From Granulicella sp. (GTDB lineage Bacteria; Acidobacteriota; Terriglobia; Terriglobales; Acidobacteriaceae): a stretch of DNA of 64,000 nucleotides. Below are positions 28,100 through 38,392 of the stretch, piece by piece (the stretch's first letter is position 1; each line of letters opens with the position of its first letter). The notes below the pieces were generated by a model, which was not told the DNA's origin, searched no databases, and saw nothing but the letters and a program-made list of their open reading frames with translations. The position numbers and the translations under genes were made by a program. The DNA lies in the NCBI GenBank assembly GCA_027339965.1, contig DAHWNL010000036.1, forward strand, positions 59,691 through 123,690, written 5' to 3'.

Positions 28100-31000
28100 A
28101 TGCTGCGTTTTTTCACCTTTGAGGTTCGCTACTGGCTGCGTTCGACGATGCTCTGGGTCTTCACCGCCATCGTCGCGTTGCTCGTCCTGCTCGCCTTAAG
28201 CACCGACCAGGTTACCGTGGGCGGAGCCATCGGCAACACCTTGCGCAATGCGCCCTTTGTCATCCAGCAGTTTTACTCCACCATGTGGTTCATCACGATG
28301 CTGATGACCGTGGCCTTTGTCAACTCCGCCGCCTCGCGCGAATTCGCGGTAAACATGCACCAGATCCTGTTCACCAAGCCAATCCGGCGCATGGACTTCC
28401 TGCTTGGCCGGTTTTTCGGCGCCGTCGTGGTCTCCACCATTCCGATGCTCGGCATCAGCGTGGGCGCGCTGCTGGCGCCGCTCATGCCTTGGGCCGATCA
28501 CGATCGCTTCGGACCGGTCGTCTGGGCCGCGCATGCCGTCAGCATCCTGCTCTTCGCACTGCCCAACACGCTTTTCATCGCAGCCATTCTATTCACCATC
28601 GCCGTGCTCACGCGCTCGACGATTCTCTCCTTTATCGGCGGCATCCTGCTCATCGTCGCCGACGCCGTCGCCGCTGCATTCACCTCGGACATGCGTAATG
28701 AAAAGCTCGCTGCCATGCTCGATCCCTTCGGCAACGACGCCTTCAACTATGCCACCAAATACTGGACCGTGGCGCAGCGCAACAACCACGTGCTCAGCTT
28801 GGACGGAATGCTGTTGTGGAATCGCCTGTTGTGGATCGCCGTGGGTCTTGCCGTCTTCGCCATCGCCTGCTGGCGATTCCGTTTTGAAGAGCGTGCCGAG
28901 CGTGTCTCCAGGAAAAAGGCCGCTGTAGCCGAAGAGAATCTTGCCACATCCGTATCGCGCCCCGCCTTCAACCTGCACTTCGGAGCCTTGGCGCGGGTGT
29001 CCCAAGTGTTGGCTACGACGAGAATCGAGACACGTCGGCTGATGAAGACCCTCACCTTCATTGTGCTCACCCTGGCCGCGCTGTTGAACTGCGTGGCGGC
29101 ACTCATCTTCAACGCCCGCTCCGGGTATGGACTGACCGCCCGCCCGGTCACCTATTCGATGATCGACATCATCCGTGGAACCCTGTACATCTTTCTCGTC
29201 GCCATGATCACCTTCTTTGCCGGAGCGCTGGTCTGGGAGGAGCGCGATGCGCGCGTCGATGAGGTGCAGGATGCGCTGCCGGTTCCGGAATGGCCGAGCT
29301 TCGTCGCCAAGTTCTTCGCCCTGCTGGCTGCGGTTGCTTCCATCCTCGCTCTGGTTCTCTGCGTGTCCGTCGCCGTTCAGGCATTCGACCATTACACCCG
29401 CTTCCAGATCGGCCTGTACGTGGACGAGCTGCTCTTTCATGTCATGGTCAGCTTTGCCTTCTTCACCGCGCTGGCCTTCTTGGTCCACGTTCTCTCACCG
29501 AACAAGTATGTCGGTTACTTCGCCTTCATCGCCGTGCTGGTAGCCAACGCATTCATGTGGCGTCCGCTGCACGTTGCCTCGCGGATGCTGAAGTTCGGCT
29601 CGTTGCCCACCATGACGTACTCCGACTTCTTCGGCTTCGCGCCCTGGATCATCTCCTGGCGCTGGTTTGCTGTCTATTGGGGGTTTTTCTGCCTGCTGCT
29701 CTCTGTCGTCAGCGTCCTGCTCTGGCAGCGCGGCCGCGATACGCGCTGGCGCGCGCGCCTGTTCAGCGCCCGACAGCGCTTTCGCGGCGTGGTCCGCGCT
29801 GCTGGCTTCCTCGGCCTCGCCGGCTTCCTGCTGACTGGCGCGTGGGTTTACTACAACACGGAGATCCTGAACCCCTTTGACAGCGAATACCAGGCTCAGC
29901 GTCGCCAGGCCGACTACGAGAAGCACTGGAAGAAGTACCAGAACCTTCCTCAGCCGCGCATCGCCGATGTCCACTACAACGTCGCCATCTACCCGCGTCA
30001 TCGCGGACTGGTCCTGCACGCGGCCGAGCAGATTGAGAACGAAACATCGGCGCCGATCTCCCAGGTCTGGTTTACGACCGATCGCAACTTCACCTCCCGC
30101 ATCGCGCTGCCCGGCGCAAAGCTGGCCACCAACGACGCCGAAACCGGCTTCCGCATCTACAACCTGACCACGCCCATGCGGCCGGGCGAACAGCGCACGC
30201 TTCAACTCGACGTTGAAAGCCATCCGCATGGCTTTGAAAATCAGACCACGATGACCGGGATCGTGCAGAACGGCACCTTTTTCAACAACACGATCCTGCC
30301 GCAGATCGGCTATCAGGAGGACAATGAACTCACCGATCCCAACGTGCGCCATCGCTTCGGCTTGAAGGAAAAGGACCTTATGCCGAAGCTCGAGGTCAAC
30401 TGTACAGCCGACTGCGGCAATACCTACATCTCAAACAACTCCGACTGGGTCAACGTCGATACCGTCATCAGTACCAGCCGCAGCCAGACGGCCATTGCGC
30501 CCGGCTCGCTCATCCGCACGTGGGTTCAAGGCAATCGCAACTACTACGAGTACAGACTGGACCACTTTGCGCTCAACTTCTACTCTTTTCTCTCCGCCGA
30601 TTACACCGTTGCGCGCCGCACATGGACTGCGCCCAACGGCCAGACGATCCTGATCGAGGTCTATTACCTGCGTGAGCAGCCGTGGAACGTTCCGCGCATG
30701 CTCAACTCCGTCCAGAAATCGTTCGCCTACTACACCGCCAACTTCGGCCCGTACTACCAGCGTGAGGCCCGCATCGTCGAGTTTCCGCGCGTGGCCAGCT
30801 TCGCTCAGGCCTTCCCTGGAACCATGCCCTACTCGGAGTCGATCGGCTTCATCGCCGACATTGAAAAGCCCGACGACATCGACATGGTCTTTTACGTTGT
30901 CGCGCACGAGATGGCGCACCAGTGGTGGGCGCACCAACTCATCGGCGCAAATATGGAGGGCGCGACCTCGCTCTCCGAAACGCTCGCCCAGTATTCGGCG

Positions 31001-31714
31001 CTCATGGTTATGGAGAAGGAGTACGGCCAGAATGCGATGCGCAAATTCCTTCAGTATGAGATGGATGCTTACCTGCGCGCGCGCGGCACGGAGCGACTGA
31101 AGGAGCGGCCGCTCATGCGGGTGGAAGCCAGCCAGGGCTACATCCACTATCGCAAAGGCTCCGTCGTCATGTACTACCTGCGCGACATGATCGGCGAGGA
31201 TCACGTGAACGCCGCCTTGCGCCAGATCCTTGGCGAATTCGGCTACCATGGCGCTCCCTATCCCACCTCCTGGGCCTTGGTCAACGCACTCTCCGCGCAG
31301 ACTCCCGCGCAGTACCAGTACCTGATCCAGGACCTCTTCAAGGACATCACCATCTTCTCCAACCGCGCCCTCAGCGCCACTGCCGTCAAGCGGCCCGATG
31401 GCAAATATCTTGTCACCGTGGTGATCCAGACGCACAAATATAAGGCCGATGCCAAGGGCAACGAGGTTGAAGTGTCGATGAATGACTGGATCGACGTCGG
31501 CGCTCTGGCCGCGCCACCGAAAGGCTTCCATTACGGCGCTGTTCTGGCCCGCGAGCGCGTTCACATCGTCAGCGGAGAGAAGGGAGCGACCAACACCTAC
31601 AGCTTTGTCACGGATACGCTGCCGGACAAGGCCGGCGTCGATCCGCTGTTGCTGCTCATTGATCGCATTCCTGACGATAACCTCAAGAAGGTGGATCTTA
31701 TCTCGAAGAGATGA
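28100..31714 (+). CDS. ABC-2 permease (two membrane domains) fused to a C-terminal M1 zinc aminopeptidase
   Basis: Two multi-TM blocks followed by a soluble domain with HEMAHQWW...SETLAQY (HEXXH-X18-E) and YIHYRKGSVVMYYL. Confidence 0.9.
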   Translation: MLRFFTFEVRYWLRSTMLWVFTAIVALLVLLALSTDQVTVGGAIGNTLRNAPFVIQQFYSTMWFITMLMTVAFVNSAASREFAVNMHQILFTKPIRRMDFLLGRFFGAVVVSTIPMLGISVGALLAPLMPWADHDRFGPVVWAAHAVSILLFALPNTLFIAAILFTIAVLTRSTILSFIGGILLIVADAVAAAFTSDMRNEKLAAMLDPFGNDAFNYATKYWTVAQRNNHVLSLDGMLLWNRLLWIAVGLAVFAIACWRFRFEERAERVSRKKAAVAEENLATSVSRPAFNLHFGALARVSQVLATTRIETRRLMKTLTFIVLTLAALLNCVAALIFNARSGYGLTARPVTYSMIDIIRGTLYIFLVAMITFFAGALVWEERDARVDEVQDALPVPEWPSFVAKFFALLAAVASILALVLCVSVAVQAFDHYTRFQIGLYVDELLFHVMVSFAFFTALAFLVHVLSPNKYVGYFAFIAVLVANAFMWRPLHVASRMLKFGSLPTMTYSDFFGFAPWIISWRWFAVYWGFFCLLLSVVSVLLWQRGRDTRWRARLFSARQRFRGVVRAAGFLGLAGFLLTGAWVYYNTEILNPFDSEYQAQRRQADYEKHWKKYQNLPQPRIADVHYNVAIYPRHRGLVLHAAEQIENETSAPISQVWFTTDRNFTSRIALPGAKLATNDAETGFRIYNLTTPMRPGEQRTLQLDVESHPHGFENQTTMTGIVQNGTFFNNTILPQIGYQEDNELTDPNVRHRFGLKEKDLMPKLEVNCTADCGNTYISNNSDWVNVDTVISTSRSQTAIAPGSLIRTWVQGNRNYYEYRLDHFALNFYSFLSADYTVARRTWTAPNGQTILIEVYYLREQPWNVPRMLNSVQKSFAYYTANFGPYYQREARIVEFPRVASFAQAFPGTMPYSESIGFIADIEKPDDIDMVFYVVAHEMAHQWWAHQLIGANMEGATSLSETLAQYSALMVMEKEYGQNAMRKFLQYEMDAYLRARGTERLKERPLMRVEASQGYIHYRKGSVVMYYLRDMIGEDHVNAALRQILGEFGYHGAPYPTSWALVNALSAQTPAQYQYLIQDLFKDITIFSNRALSATAVKRPDGKYLVTVVIQTHKYKADAKGNEVEVSMNDWIDVGALAAPPKGFHYGAVLARERVHIVSGEKGATNTYSFVTDTLPDKAGVDPLLLLIDRIPDDNLKKVDLISKR

Positions 31715-31995
31715 CTCCGTCCCGAGACGCCGGCAGGCGGTAGCCATTCAAACGGCCGCGGGTCTTGCGCCTTCGGCCAAATTTCCGCTCATCGCCCACG
31801 CTGATGCGCGGCGGCTGCATTTCGACGGCCTGCCTGCATCGCCGGGGAGGCTGCCTGGAAGATATCTCCGCCTCGGATCCGGATGTCTCCGGAACCGAGG
31901 CCAGGTGTCTGCGCCTCAATCTGCCGAACAGCGGTCTGCCAGGGAAAGATCCGGTGCCGAGAACAATCTACACGCCGTAAGGTGAGCTGTCAGCG

Positions 31996-32027
31996 TCAAA
32001 GAGCGCGGCTCAAGCCGCGCCCTTTGA
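31996..32027. terminator. Hairpin between convergent genes, probably a bidirectional terminator
   Basis: TCAAAGAGCGCGGCT-CA-AGCCGCGCCCTTTGA. Confidence 0.6.
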
Positions 32028-32081
32028 GGTAAGCATGGGAGGTGTCCAGGCTCCGGTAGAACCGCTTGCTTCAGCAACGGC

Positions 32082-32966
32082 CTACTGAGACTGATACGGA
32101 TTGGGCTGAGGGTAGGAGGGAGATTGCTGTTGCTCGGTGATGGCGACGGAGCGCTCCAGGCGGAAGGTCAGGTACGTCCCCTGGGGGAGATAGATCTCCT
32201 TGTTGCCCGTGAACGCGTCACCCGCAGTTCCCGCGCCGGCTCCAGCCAGACCGCCGATCAAAGCTCCTTTGCCGCCCCCGGCCAGGCCCCCGATCAGAGC
32301 GCCCAGCCCGGCTCCGCCGCCGGCGAAGAGCCCGGTGCGCATGCCTTTGCCCTTCTCCACGCGCTCAACGGCGGTGGTGGACACTTGGTAGATGCCCCAG
32401 CGCGATTGCACACCATCCAGGCGCACCTCAAGCACCGCACTACCAGCGAAGCGGCCGAGTGGCTTGGCAGCAATCACTGTACCCTGGGCGCGCGCGCCCT
32501 GGGGGACGATGACTTGGCCGTTTACCACCACATTGTCGACGATGGTAGCGGGGAAGGTCTCGCCGGGTTCGCTGATCTTCGAGCCGAGATCCTGATCCAG
32601 ACTGACGCGCAACCGCGTGCCCGCAGGGAGATCGGCTATACGCGGTGGCGGAGGCGCCTGCTGCTGGTACGGCCCTGACTGCTGCGGATACGGCCCAGAC
32701 TGCTGCGGATACGGCCCTGACTGCTGCGGATACGGCCCAGAAGGAGGCCCGGATGGACCGCCTTGCTCTGGATAGGCGGAGGGATTTGCGCCATTGCCGC
32801 CCGGAACCGGCGAGGCTGGTCCATTGGGCGCGACTGCGGCTCCCGGCGGCGCACCGTTCGCAGGCTGTGACGACGATTTGCAACCGGCCAGAAGGAGCGT
32901 GCTAAAGAGCGCCAGCGACGCAAATGCAGACGCGGCAGAGAAAAGCAAACTGCGACGAGGGTTCAT
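32082..32966 (-). CDS. Lipoprotein with a Pro/Gln-rich linker, TrbI-like beta domain and glycine zipper
   Basis: Lipobox LLAGC; LPAGTRLRVSL...GETFPAT; GAGLGALIGGLAGGGKGALIG. Confidence 0.75.
   Translation of the reverse strand: MNPRRSLLFSAASAFASLALFSTLLLAGCKSSSQPANGAPPGAAVAPNGPASPVPGGNGANPSAYPEQGGPSGPPSGPYPQQSGPYPQQSGPYPQQSGPYQQQAPPPPRIADLPAGTRLRVSLDQDLGSKISEPGETFPATIVDNVVVNGQVIVPQGARAQGTVIAAKPLGRFAGSAVLEVRLDGVQSRWGIYQVSTTAVERVEKGKGMRTGLFAGGGAGLGALIGGLAGGGKGALIGGLAGAGAGTAGDAFTGNKEIYLPQGTYLTFRLERSVAITEQQQSPSYPQPNPYQSQ
32658..32741 (-). repeat. In-frame tandem repeat, 4 x 21 bp (GPYPQQS)
   Basis: CTGCTGCGGATACGGCCCWGA at 32679, 32700 and 32721, plus a degenerate unit at 32658. Confidence 0.9.
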
Positions 32967-33266
32967 GAGTTCCACTCCAGAAGAGAACGTTTCGCCGATG
33001 GGCGATGAAAGAAAACAGGACAGTCCAGTTGTGGGGACTACCAAATTATGTCATTGCCCGGCGACAAACGGAATGGATTCTTTTGATAAGCCGCCACCAT
33101 GTCAGCGGCTGAATCCGGCTTTGCCCCTCCAGATGGGCGTCCGGGAGGGCGCAAGGCGATGGGCTGGAATGCTCACGGCGTCCGTTGCGCGGTCAAGCGC
33201 AGAGACCGAGGCCGAGATGCCTGATCATGCCTCCACCAGCCGTCTCTCGGCGGGAGCGGCCCCCGG

Positions 33267-34277
33267 TTACCCCTGAACCGGCTCCCAGTGGCCAGAGTCC
33301 CCAGAGCGCAAGATCGCCTGGATCACGGCCATGTTGGCGATGGAATCCTCCAGCGGAACCGGGACTTCGGTGTTGTCGAGGATGGCGCGGGCAAAGGCGT
33401 CGCCCTGGAGGGTGTACTGGTCGGAGGTGGAAAAGCTCTCCGTTGCGATGCCGCTCCAATTCAGTTCCCCGGTGGCGTCGATGAAGAGGCGCGTGGGTCG
33501 GTCATTGGGCGCGTTGAAGGGAACTTCGATCTCGATGCGGCCGCGGGCGCCAAAGAAGTGGACGCGCTGGTAGGGAATCATCTGCGTGCTGCAGGTGAAG
33601 ATGGCCTGCCCGGCAGGGAAGTCGAGGATGGCGGAAGCCAGCCGGTCGGTGCGCATTCCAGGATCGCGTTCGACCAGCGCCACCACCCGCGTCGGTTCCT
33701 GATCGAAGGCCATGCGAGCAGATTGAATGCAGTAGCAGCCGATATCGTAGATGCCGCCTCCTCCCATCTCGGGAAGGTTGCGGATATTGGCGGGATCGGT
33801 GTTGAAGTAGCTGAAGTGCGCATGGACGGCGAGCAGCCGGCCGATGCGGCCTTGGGCGATGAGTTCGCGCATCCGCAGCCACTGCGGGGCGCTGCGAATC
33901 ATGAAGGCTTCCGAGATCTTGACGCCGGTGCGGGCACGCACGTCGATCAGACCCCTGGCTTCCTCCACGGTCAGGCTGATGGGCTTCTCGCAAAGCACAT
34001 GCTTGCCGGCTTCGGCGGCTTTCACGGTGAGTGGAACGTGCAGGTGATTGGGCAGAGGGTTGTATACAGCGTCGATGTCGGGGTCGGCGAGGAGTTCCTC
34101 ATAAGAGCCGTAAGCCGTGGGAATGCCCAGCAGGGCAGCCGCCTGGCGAGCCTTGGCAGGGTCCCGTGAGGCGATGGCGGTGACCGTGGTAAGCTCACCC
34201 TTCTGCATGGCGGGGATCACTTTTTTCACCCCAATGTTGGCGGTGCTCAGGACTCCGAAGCGGATCTTTCTGGCCAT
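33267..34277 (-). CDS. Gfo/Idh/MocA-family oxidoreductase
   Basis: IRFGVLSTANIG, DAVYNPLPNHLH, GKHVLCEKP and GGGIYDIGCY. Confidence 0.92.
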   Translation of the reverse strand: MARKIRFGVLSTANIGVKKVIPAMQKGELTTVTAIASRDPAKARQAAALLGIPTAYGSYEELLADPDIDAVYNPLPNHLHVPLTVKAAEAGKHVLCEKPISLTVEEARGLIDVRARTGVKISEAFMIRSAPQWLRMRELIAQGRIGRLLAVHAHFSYFNTDPANIRNLPEMGGGGIYDIGCYCIQSARMAFDQEPTRVVALVERDPGMRTDRLASAILDFPAGQAIFTCSTQMIPYQRVHFFGARGRIEIEVPFNAPNDRPTRLFIDATGELNWSGIATESFSTSDQYTLQGDAFARAILDNTEVPVPLEDSIANMAVIQAILRSGDSGHWEPVQG

Positions 34278-34399
34278 AGAGGAATGATACTGTGGTGCGC
34301 ATGCCGCGCAGGCGGCAGGGTGCAATTCGCTTCTTTCTGCGTCGGAGACAGACAACCCCCACCTTCCGCGAAGACCGAGCGTCCTCCTCGGCTGAGGTC

Positions 34400-34774
34400 T
34401 TAGAGGTTGCGCCGCCGGAGCCCATCCGCGCGGAAGACTCCGTAACGCCAAGCGATGCGCACGATCTCGCGGATGCGAAAGTTGAAGATCTGCCGGGGCC
34501 AAAAGAGTTCGCGTTTGTCGCACAAGGTGGAGATGCTGAAGCGGTTAATCTCGCCCTTCAACTCGCGGGAGGCGATCTGCCCCTGTAGTCGGAACTCGGC
34601 ATCGATGCGCCGGCGCAGGGCGCGGGCGTCGGCGATCGCTGTGGCTACTTTGGCCCCGCGCCTGGGGCTGATCCGGCCGTAGCGGACCTTCAACGCGTTG
34701 CGCCGCTCGGCAGCATCCTAGGTGGCCTCTGCGAACTGGGCGCGGCTTCTCCATCTCCCCTTTCGCGACTCCAT
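34400..34774 (-). pseudogene. Possible gene fragment of unknown function with an in-frame TAG
   Basis: The frame 34400-34717 is GC3-rich and continues upstream through a single TAG at 34718-34720. No motif recognised. Confidence 0.3.
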
Positions 34775-34882
34775 GAGGCGCCAAGAGGTACCGAAAGGGA
34801 CGTTCCAATATTGATCCGGACAGGGAGCGGTCCAAAACGATTCCGCAATCTCGGGCCAAATTGGTCCTAAAATAAGAGTGCC

Positions 34883-35317
34883 ATGTCTGATCACGAAAGC
34901 AAGAACCTCTCTCAAATCGACCTATCTCAGCCTCCCGGCGAGAAGATGGTGCGCGTCACCTTCGAGCCTGAAAACAAGACGGTGGAGTTCCCCTTCGGAT
35001 CCCTGCCCTACGATGGGCATGGCCAGCCGATGAGCTTGCTCGATATCGCCGAGAACTACGGCATCTTTCTGGACCATGCCTGCGGTGGCGTGGCTGCCTG
35101 CACCACTTGTCACCTGTTCGTGAAGCGCGGCGCCGAGGGGCTCTCCGAGGCCGAAGATCTGGAGCTGGATCGGCTGGACATGGCTCCGGGCCTGCAGCTC
35201 AACTCAAGGCTGGGCTGCCAGTGCGTGATCGAAAGACCGGGAACTTACGTGGTGGAGATCCCATCCTGGAACAAGAACTACGTGCAGGAGGGTAAACCCG
35301 CGGCAGTTAAGAAATAG
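34883..35317 (+). CDS. fdx: [2Fe-2S] ferredoxin, ISC/adrenodoxin type
   Basis: HACGGVAACTTCH (C-x5-C-x2-C), ELDRLD and SRLGCQ. Confidence 0.9.
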   Translation: MSDHESKNLSQIDLSQPPGEKMVRVTFEPENKTVEFPFGSLPYDGHGQPMSLLDIAENYGIFLDHACGGVAACTTCHLFVKRGAEGLSEAEDLELDRLDMAPGLQLNSRLGCQCVIERPGTYVVEIPSWNKNYVQEGKPAAVKK

Positions 35318-35360
35318 AGCTGGCTCTGCGCTGTGCCCTGGGGCAGGAGGAGGTGGAAGC

Positions 35361-36356
35361 TTATGGTTTCCTCAGCCTTGGAACCAGCGTTCTGGTCATC
35401 TGGCGCCGATCCCGCAGGACCACGAGAACCATCGCCCGGCCGCGGCTGCGATGCAGCCGGACGACCCACGCGCTGGCGGAACGGATTCCAATTGAATCCG
35501 CCTTCAGAATGACATCTCCGGCCCGCAGTCCGGCCGTAGCGGCTGGGCTATTGGCGGCAACCGACTCCACGAGCACCCCTACTCCTGATGGGGCACCGAA
35601 GAACTCGCCCAACTGCGGCTCCATGTTGGCCACCATCATTCCCGTAAACGGGGTGGTATGCAACATCTGCATCAGGAAGCGCCGGCTGCGCGAGAGCGGT
35701 TCAGGAGCCGCTGTCACCGACGCGACTCCGTCGGCTCCCGGATCAGCCGAAGACTCGGCTGGCAGCTCTTCGGCCATATGCAGCATGGCTTCGCGCTCCA
35801 CTTCGCCGCGAGAGGCAAGCTGGGCGTGGATCACCATCTTCTGGCCGTCGCGGAAGACCAGCAGCGAGATATCGGCGCCGACCCCATCCTCGCGGATCAT
35901 CCGCCGCAGGGCCTCAGCGCCCTCCACAGGCTGCCCGTTCAGGCTCAAAATCACATCCTGGGGCTGAAGCCCCGCTTTTCCGGCCGGTCCGTCGTGATCC
36001 ACCATCCGGACCACGACTCCGTAGCCGGTTTTGACGTGAAGCGCCGCGGCCTGCTGGTCGCTAAGGTTCTGGAACAGCGTCCCTAGATATCCTGGGGCAT
36101 GGGGCGGAACTCCTCGCAGCAGAGATGTCTCCGGCGAAGCCCCGTGAGCGCTGGCCTCCGGCAGAGCCCCGCTCTGCGAGAGGATCCGGTTGGGAGAGGC
36201 CTCCGCCGGGGCTGGACCGGTGAGCAGAGGCAGCGCCGCGAGCGTGAGCCCGAAGATGGCAATCCGGGTCGGACGCCCCCGTGTCAAAACGAAGCGTCTC
36301 GGGGCTTGATGGCTTGCTCCCCGCAGTTTGCCTTCGAGTTCGATCTTCTGCCTCAT
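35361..36356 (-). CDS. Exported protein with two PDZ domains
   Basis: Hydrophobic signal segment; GYLG...GPAGKAGLQPQDVIL; second PDZ with SPAATAGLRAGDVIL; no protease domain. Confidence 0.85.
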   Translation of the reverse strand: MRQKIELEGKLRGASHQAPRRFVLTRGRPTRIAIFGLTLAALPLLTGPAPAEASPNRILSQSGALPEASAHGASPETSLLRGVPPHAPGYLGTLFQNLSDQQAAALHVKTGYGVVVRMVDHDGPAGKAGLQPQDVILSLNGQPVEGAEALRRMIREDGVGADISLLVFRDGQKMVIHAQLASRGEVEREAMLHMAEELPAESSADPGADGVASVTAAPEPLSRSRRFLMQMLHTTPFTGMMVANMEPQLGEFFGAPSGVGVLVESVAANSPAATAGLRAGDVILKADSIGIRSASAWVVRLHRSRGRAMVLVVLRDRRQMTRTLVPRLRKP

Positions 36357-36392
36357 GGCCACTCGCCGCATGCGTGTCTACTGGATGTCAGC

Positions 36393-37358
36393 CTACTGGA
36401 TGTCAGCCGACCCCTGCAGCTCCTGGAAGGAGGCGTTACGGATCGCCGGGTTCGCATCCTGCGAAGAGACCGTGCGCAGCACCTGGCGCACGCTGGAGTC
36501 GGCCTCCACCGGCGTCAGCATTGAGATCGCCTGCTCCCGTACCTCGGCGTTCCTGTCGTACAGCAGAGCGTCCAGCACGGCATCCCGCACCTGCTCGTCC
36601 TGCGCGATGTAAGGCTGCAGGCCGGCCAGCGCCTTCAGCCGAACGCCGGGGCTTCTGTCCGAGCGTAGGGAAGAGACCAGGGCGGCGCGAATCTCACGGG
36701 TGGCGTCGTTGCCTCCTCCGCAGTCATGGCTGGAGCGGCACTCGCTGGCTAGCAGGGCCACAGAGTCGTCATGCACATCCGGGTTGGTGGCCAGACGCGT
36801 GCCCAACAGCAGAAGTTGACGAATCTGTGGATCATCCAGCGATCCCTGCACCGTCTCGGGCACCAGGCGGTTGTACTTTACCTGGACCAGATTCGAGCTT
36901 GGCGTTTGCACGATGCCAGAGACGCTGGCAATGGCTCCGTTGGCGGTATTGGACATGATCACCGGACGCGGAAGCTGTGGAGCGTGCATGGCCTGATAGC
37001 GAGCCAGGAAGTTTCCTCCCAGGAAACCCACCCCGAGCAGCAGCGTCGTCAGCGCCGGAGCTCCCTCCAGGAAGCTCAACCAACGATAGACGTTCCCCAA
37101 CAGCCGCTGCGAGGTTGCGCGCGGAGGCAGACGATCCAGAGCCTCATCCAGCCGCATTCTGGACGCGGCCAGAAGATTAGGGGAGGGTTCAGGCATCGGC
37201 CGCAGCGCCAACTCTTCGTTCAAAGCCAGCAACGCGTTGCACTCGCGGCGGCAGTCCTCGCAAACACCCAGGTGCTGTTCCAGTTGAAGCTGCAGTTCAC
37301 CGGGCAACTCACCGTACTGCGCCAGAATGATGTTTTGTTGGGCAATTTCACACTTCAT
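36393..37358 (-). CDS. Anti-sigma factor: zf-HC2 domain, TM helix, periplasmic HEAT repeats
   Basis: N-terminal LEQHLGVCEDC (HxxxCxxC), a TM helix, and HEAT-like VRLKALAGL and VREQAISML. Confidence 0.82.
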   Translation of the reverse strand: MKCEIAQQNIILAQYGELPGELQLQLEQHLGVCEDCRRECNALLALNEELALRPMPEPSPNLLAASRMRLDEALDRLPPRATSQRLLGNVYRWLSFLEGAPALTTLLLGVGFLGGNFLARYQAMHAPQLPRPVIMSNTANGAIASVSGIVQTPSSNLVQVKYNRLVPETVQGSLDDPQIRQLLLLGTRLATNPDVHDDSVALLASECRSSHDCGGGNDATREIRAALVSSLRSDRSPGVRLKALAGLQPYIAQDEQVRDAVLDALLYDRNAEVREQAISMLTPVEADSSVRQVLRTVSSQDANPAIRNASFQELQGSADIQ

Positions 37359-37502
37359 ATTGCGTACCTCAATGGCCTCTAGGTCGTACGTGCCAAGATC
37401 CCGCTTGCGGGGCAATCAACTCACGTTTTACTCCTGGCCGGATGTCCTCTTCGGGGATCCTAGCCTTGTCGTCGTTCCTCTTCTGTCTGCTGCCGGCGCC
37501 GG

Positions 37503-38267
37503 TTACCTCGTGTCTGCCAGCTTGGCTCGCAGCTTTCTTGTAGCGCGAAACAACGTATTTTTTGCCGTCTCCTCCGTGGTGGAGAGCATCTCTCCAATGG
37601 TCCTCAACTTGAAGCCCTGATAGTGCTTGAGTTCGAACACGGTGCGCTCCCGCGGGGTAAGCTCATTCAACGCCTGCTGGATGGCTGCTTGCATGGTTTT
37701 GCGCTCCAGCTCCCGCGCGGGGTTGGCGCTGGCCCGCCCATCGGTCAGATTGGCCAGCAGATCAATCTCATCCCCGGCCCCATCCAGCACCGTTGCCGGA
37801 TCTTCCCTGCGGCTCTTGCGCCGGCGCAACTGATCCAGACACAGGTTGGTGACAATTCTGTACAGCCAGGTATAAAACGAACACTCAAAGCGAAAGTTGG
37901 GCAGGTGGCGGTAAGCTTTGAGAAATGCCTCCTGGTGCACGTCCTGCGCATCCTGTTCGTTGCCCAGCATATGCATGGCCAGACGCAGCACGCTGCGGTC
38001 GTAACGCCGCACCAAGGCGTCGAACGCCTGACGATCGCCCCGCTGGGCGATGCGAATCAGTTCGTCATCTTCCGCTCGCTGTTGCAGGCGCGCGTCCATT
38101 TGCTCAGCGCTGGGTTTGGTGCGAGTTCCGGGCCGGACCGCGGCGTTCGGCATCATTACCGTTGATTCTATCGCGCCTTGCGCCCCATGCTCACGGAAGT
38201 TGAGGCTGAATGGGCTGGTCTGCCTGCGGTCTGCACCGGCGAACAGGATCGCGTCGCTGCTGCTCAT
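37503..38267 (-). CDS. ECF sigma-70 factor
   Basis: GDRQAFDALVRRY, DAQDVHQEAFLKAY, FYTWLYRIVTN, and region 4 LTPRERTVF...LFRATRKL. Confidence 0.93.
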   Translation of the reverse strand: MSSSDAILFAGADRRQTSPFSLNFREHGAQGAIESTVMMPNAAVRPGTRTKPSAEQMDARLQQRAEDDELIRIAQRGDRQAFDALVRRYDRSVLRLAMHMLGNEQDAQDVHQEAFLKAYRHLPNFRFECSFYTWLYRIVTNLCLDQLRRRKSRREDPATVLDGAGDEIDLLANLTDGRASANPARELERKTMQAAIQQALNELTPRERTVFELKHYQGFKLRTIGEMLSTTEETAKNTLFRATRKLRAKLADTR

Positions 38268-38392
38268 AGGGTTTCTGACTCCGGAGTCAGGTTTAGCTAC
38301 GTTTCGTTCGACGAACTTGCGGCAGCGAAAGTAAGCATTGCAGAACAATTTTCTTCCTGCCATCTTCACGCTCTGACGTTAGACTGACAGGG

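Noticed and set aside
31715..31980. Small ORF after the M1 fusion as a substrate peptide
   Set aside because: No clear RBS, no leader motif and a weak start codon.
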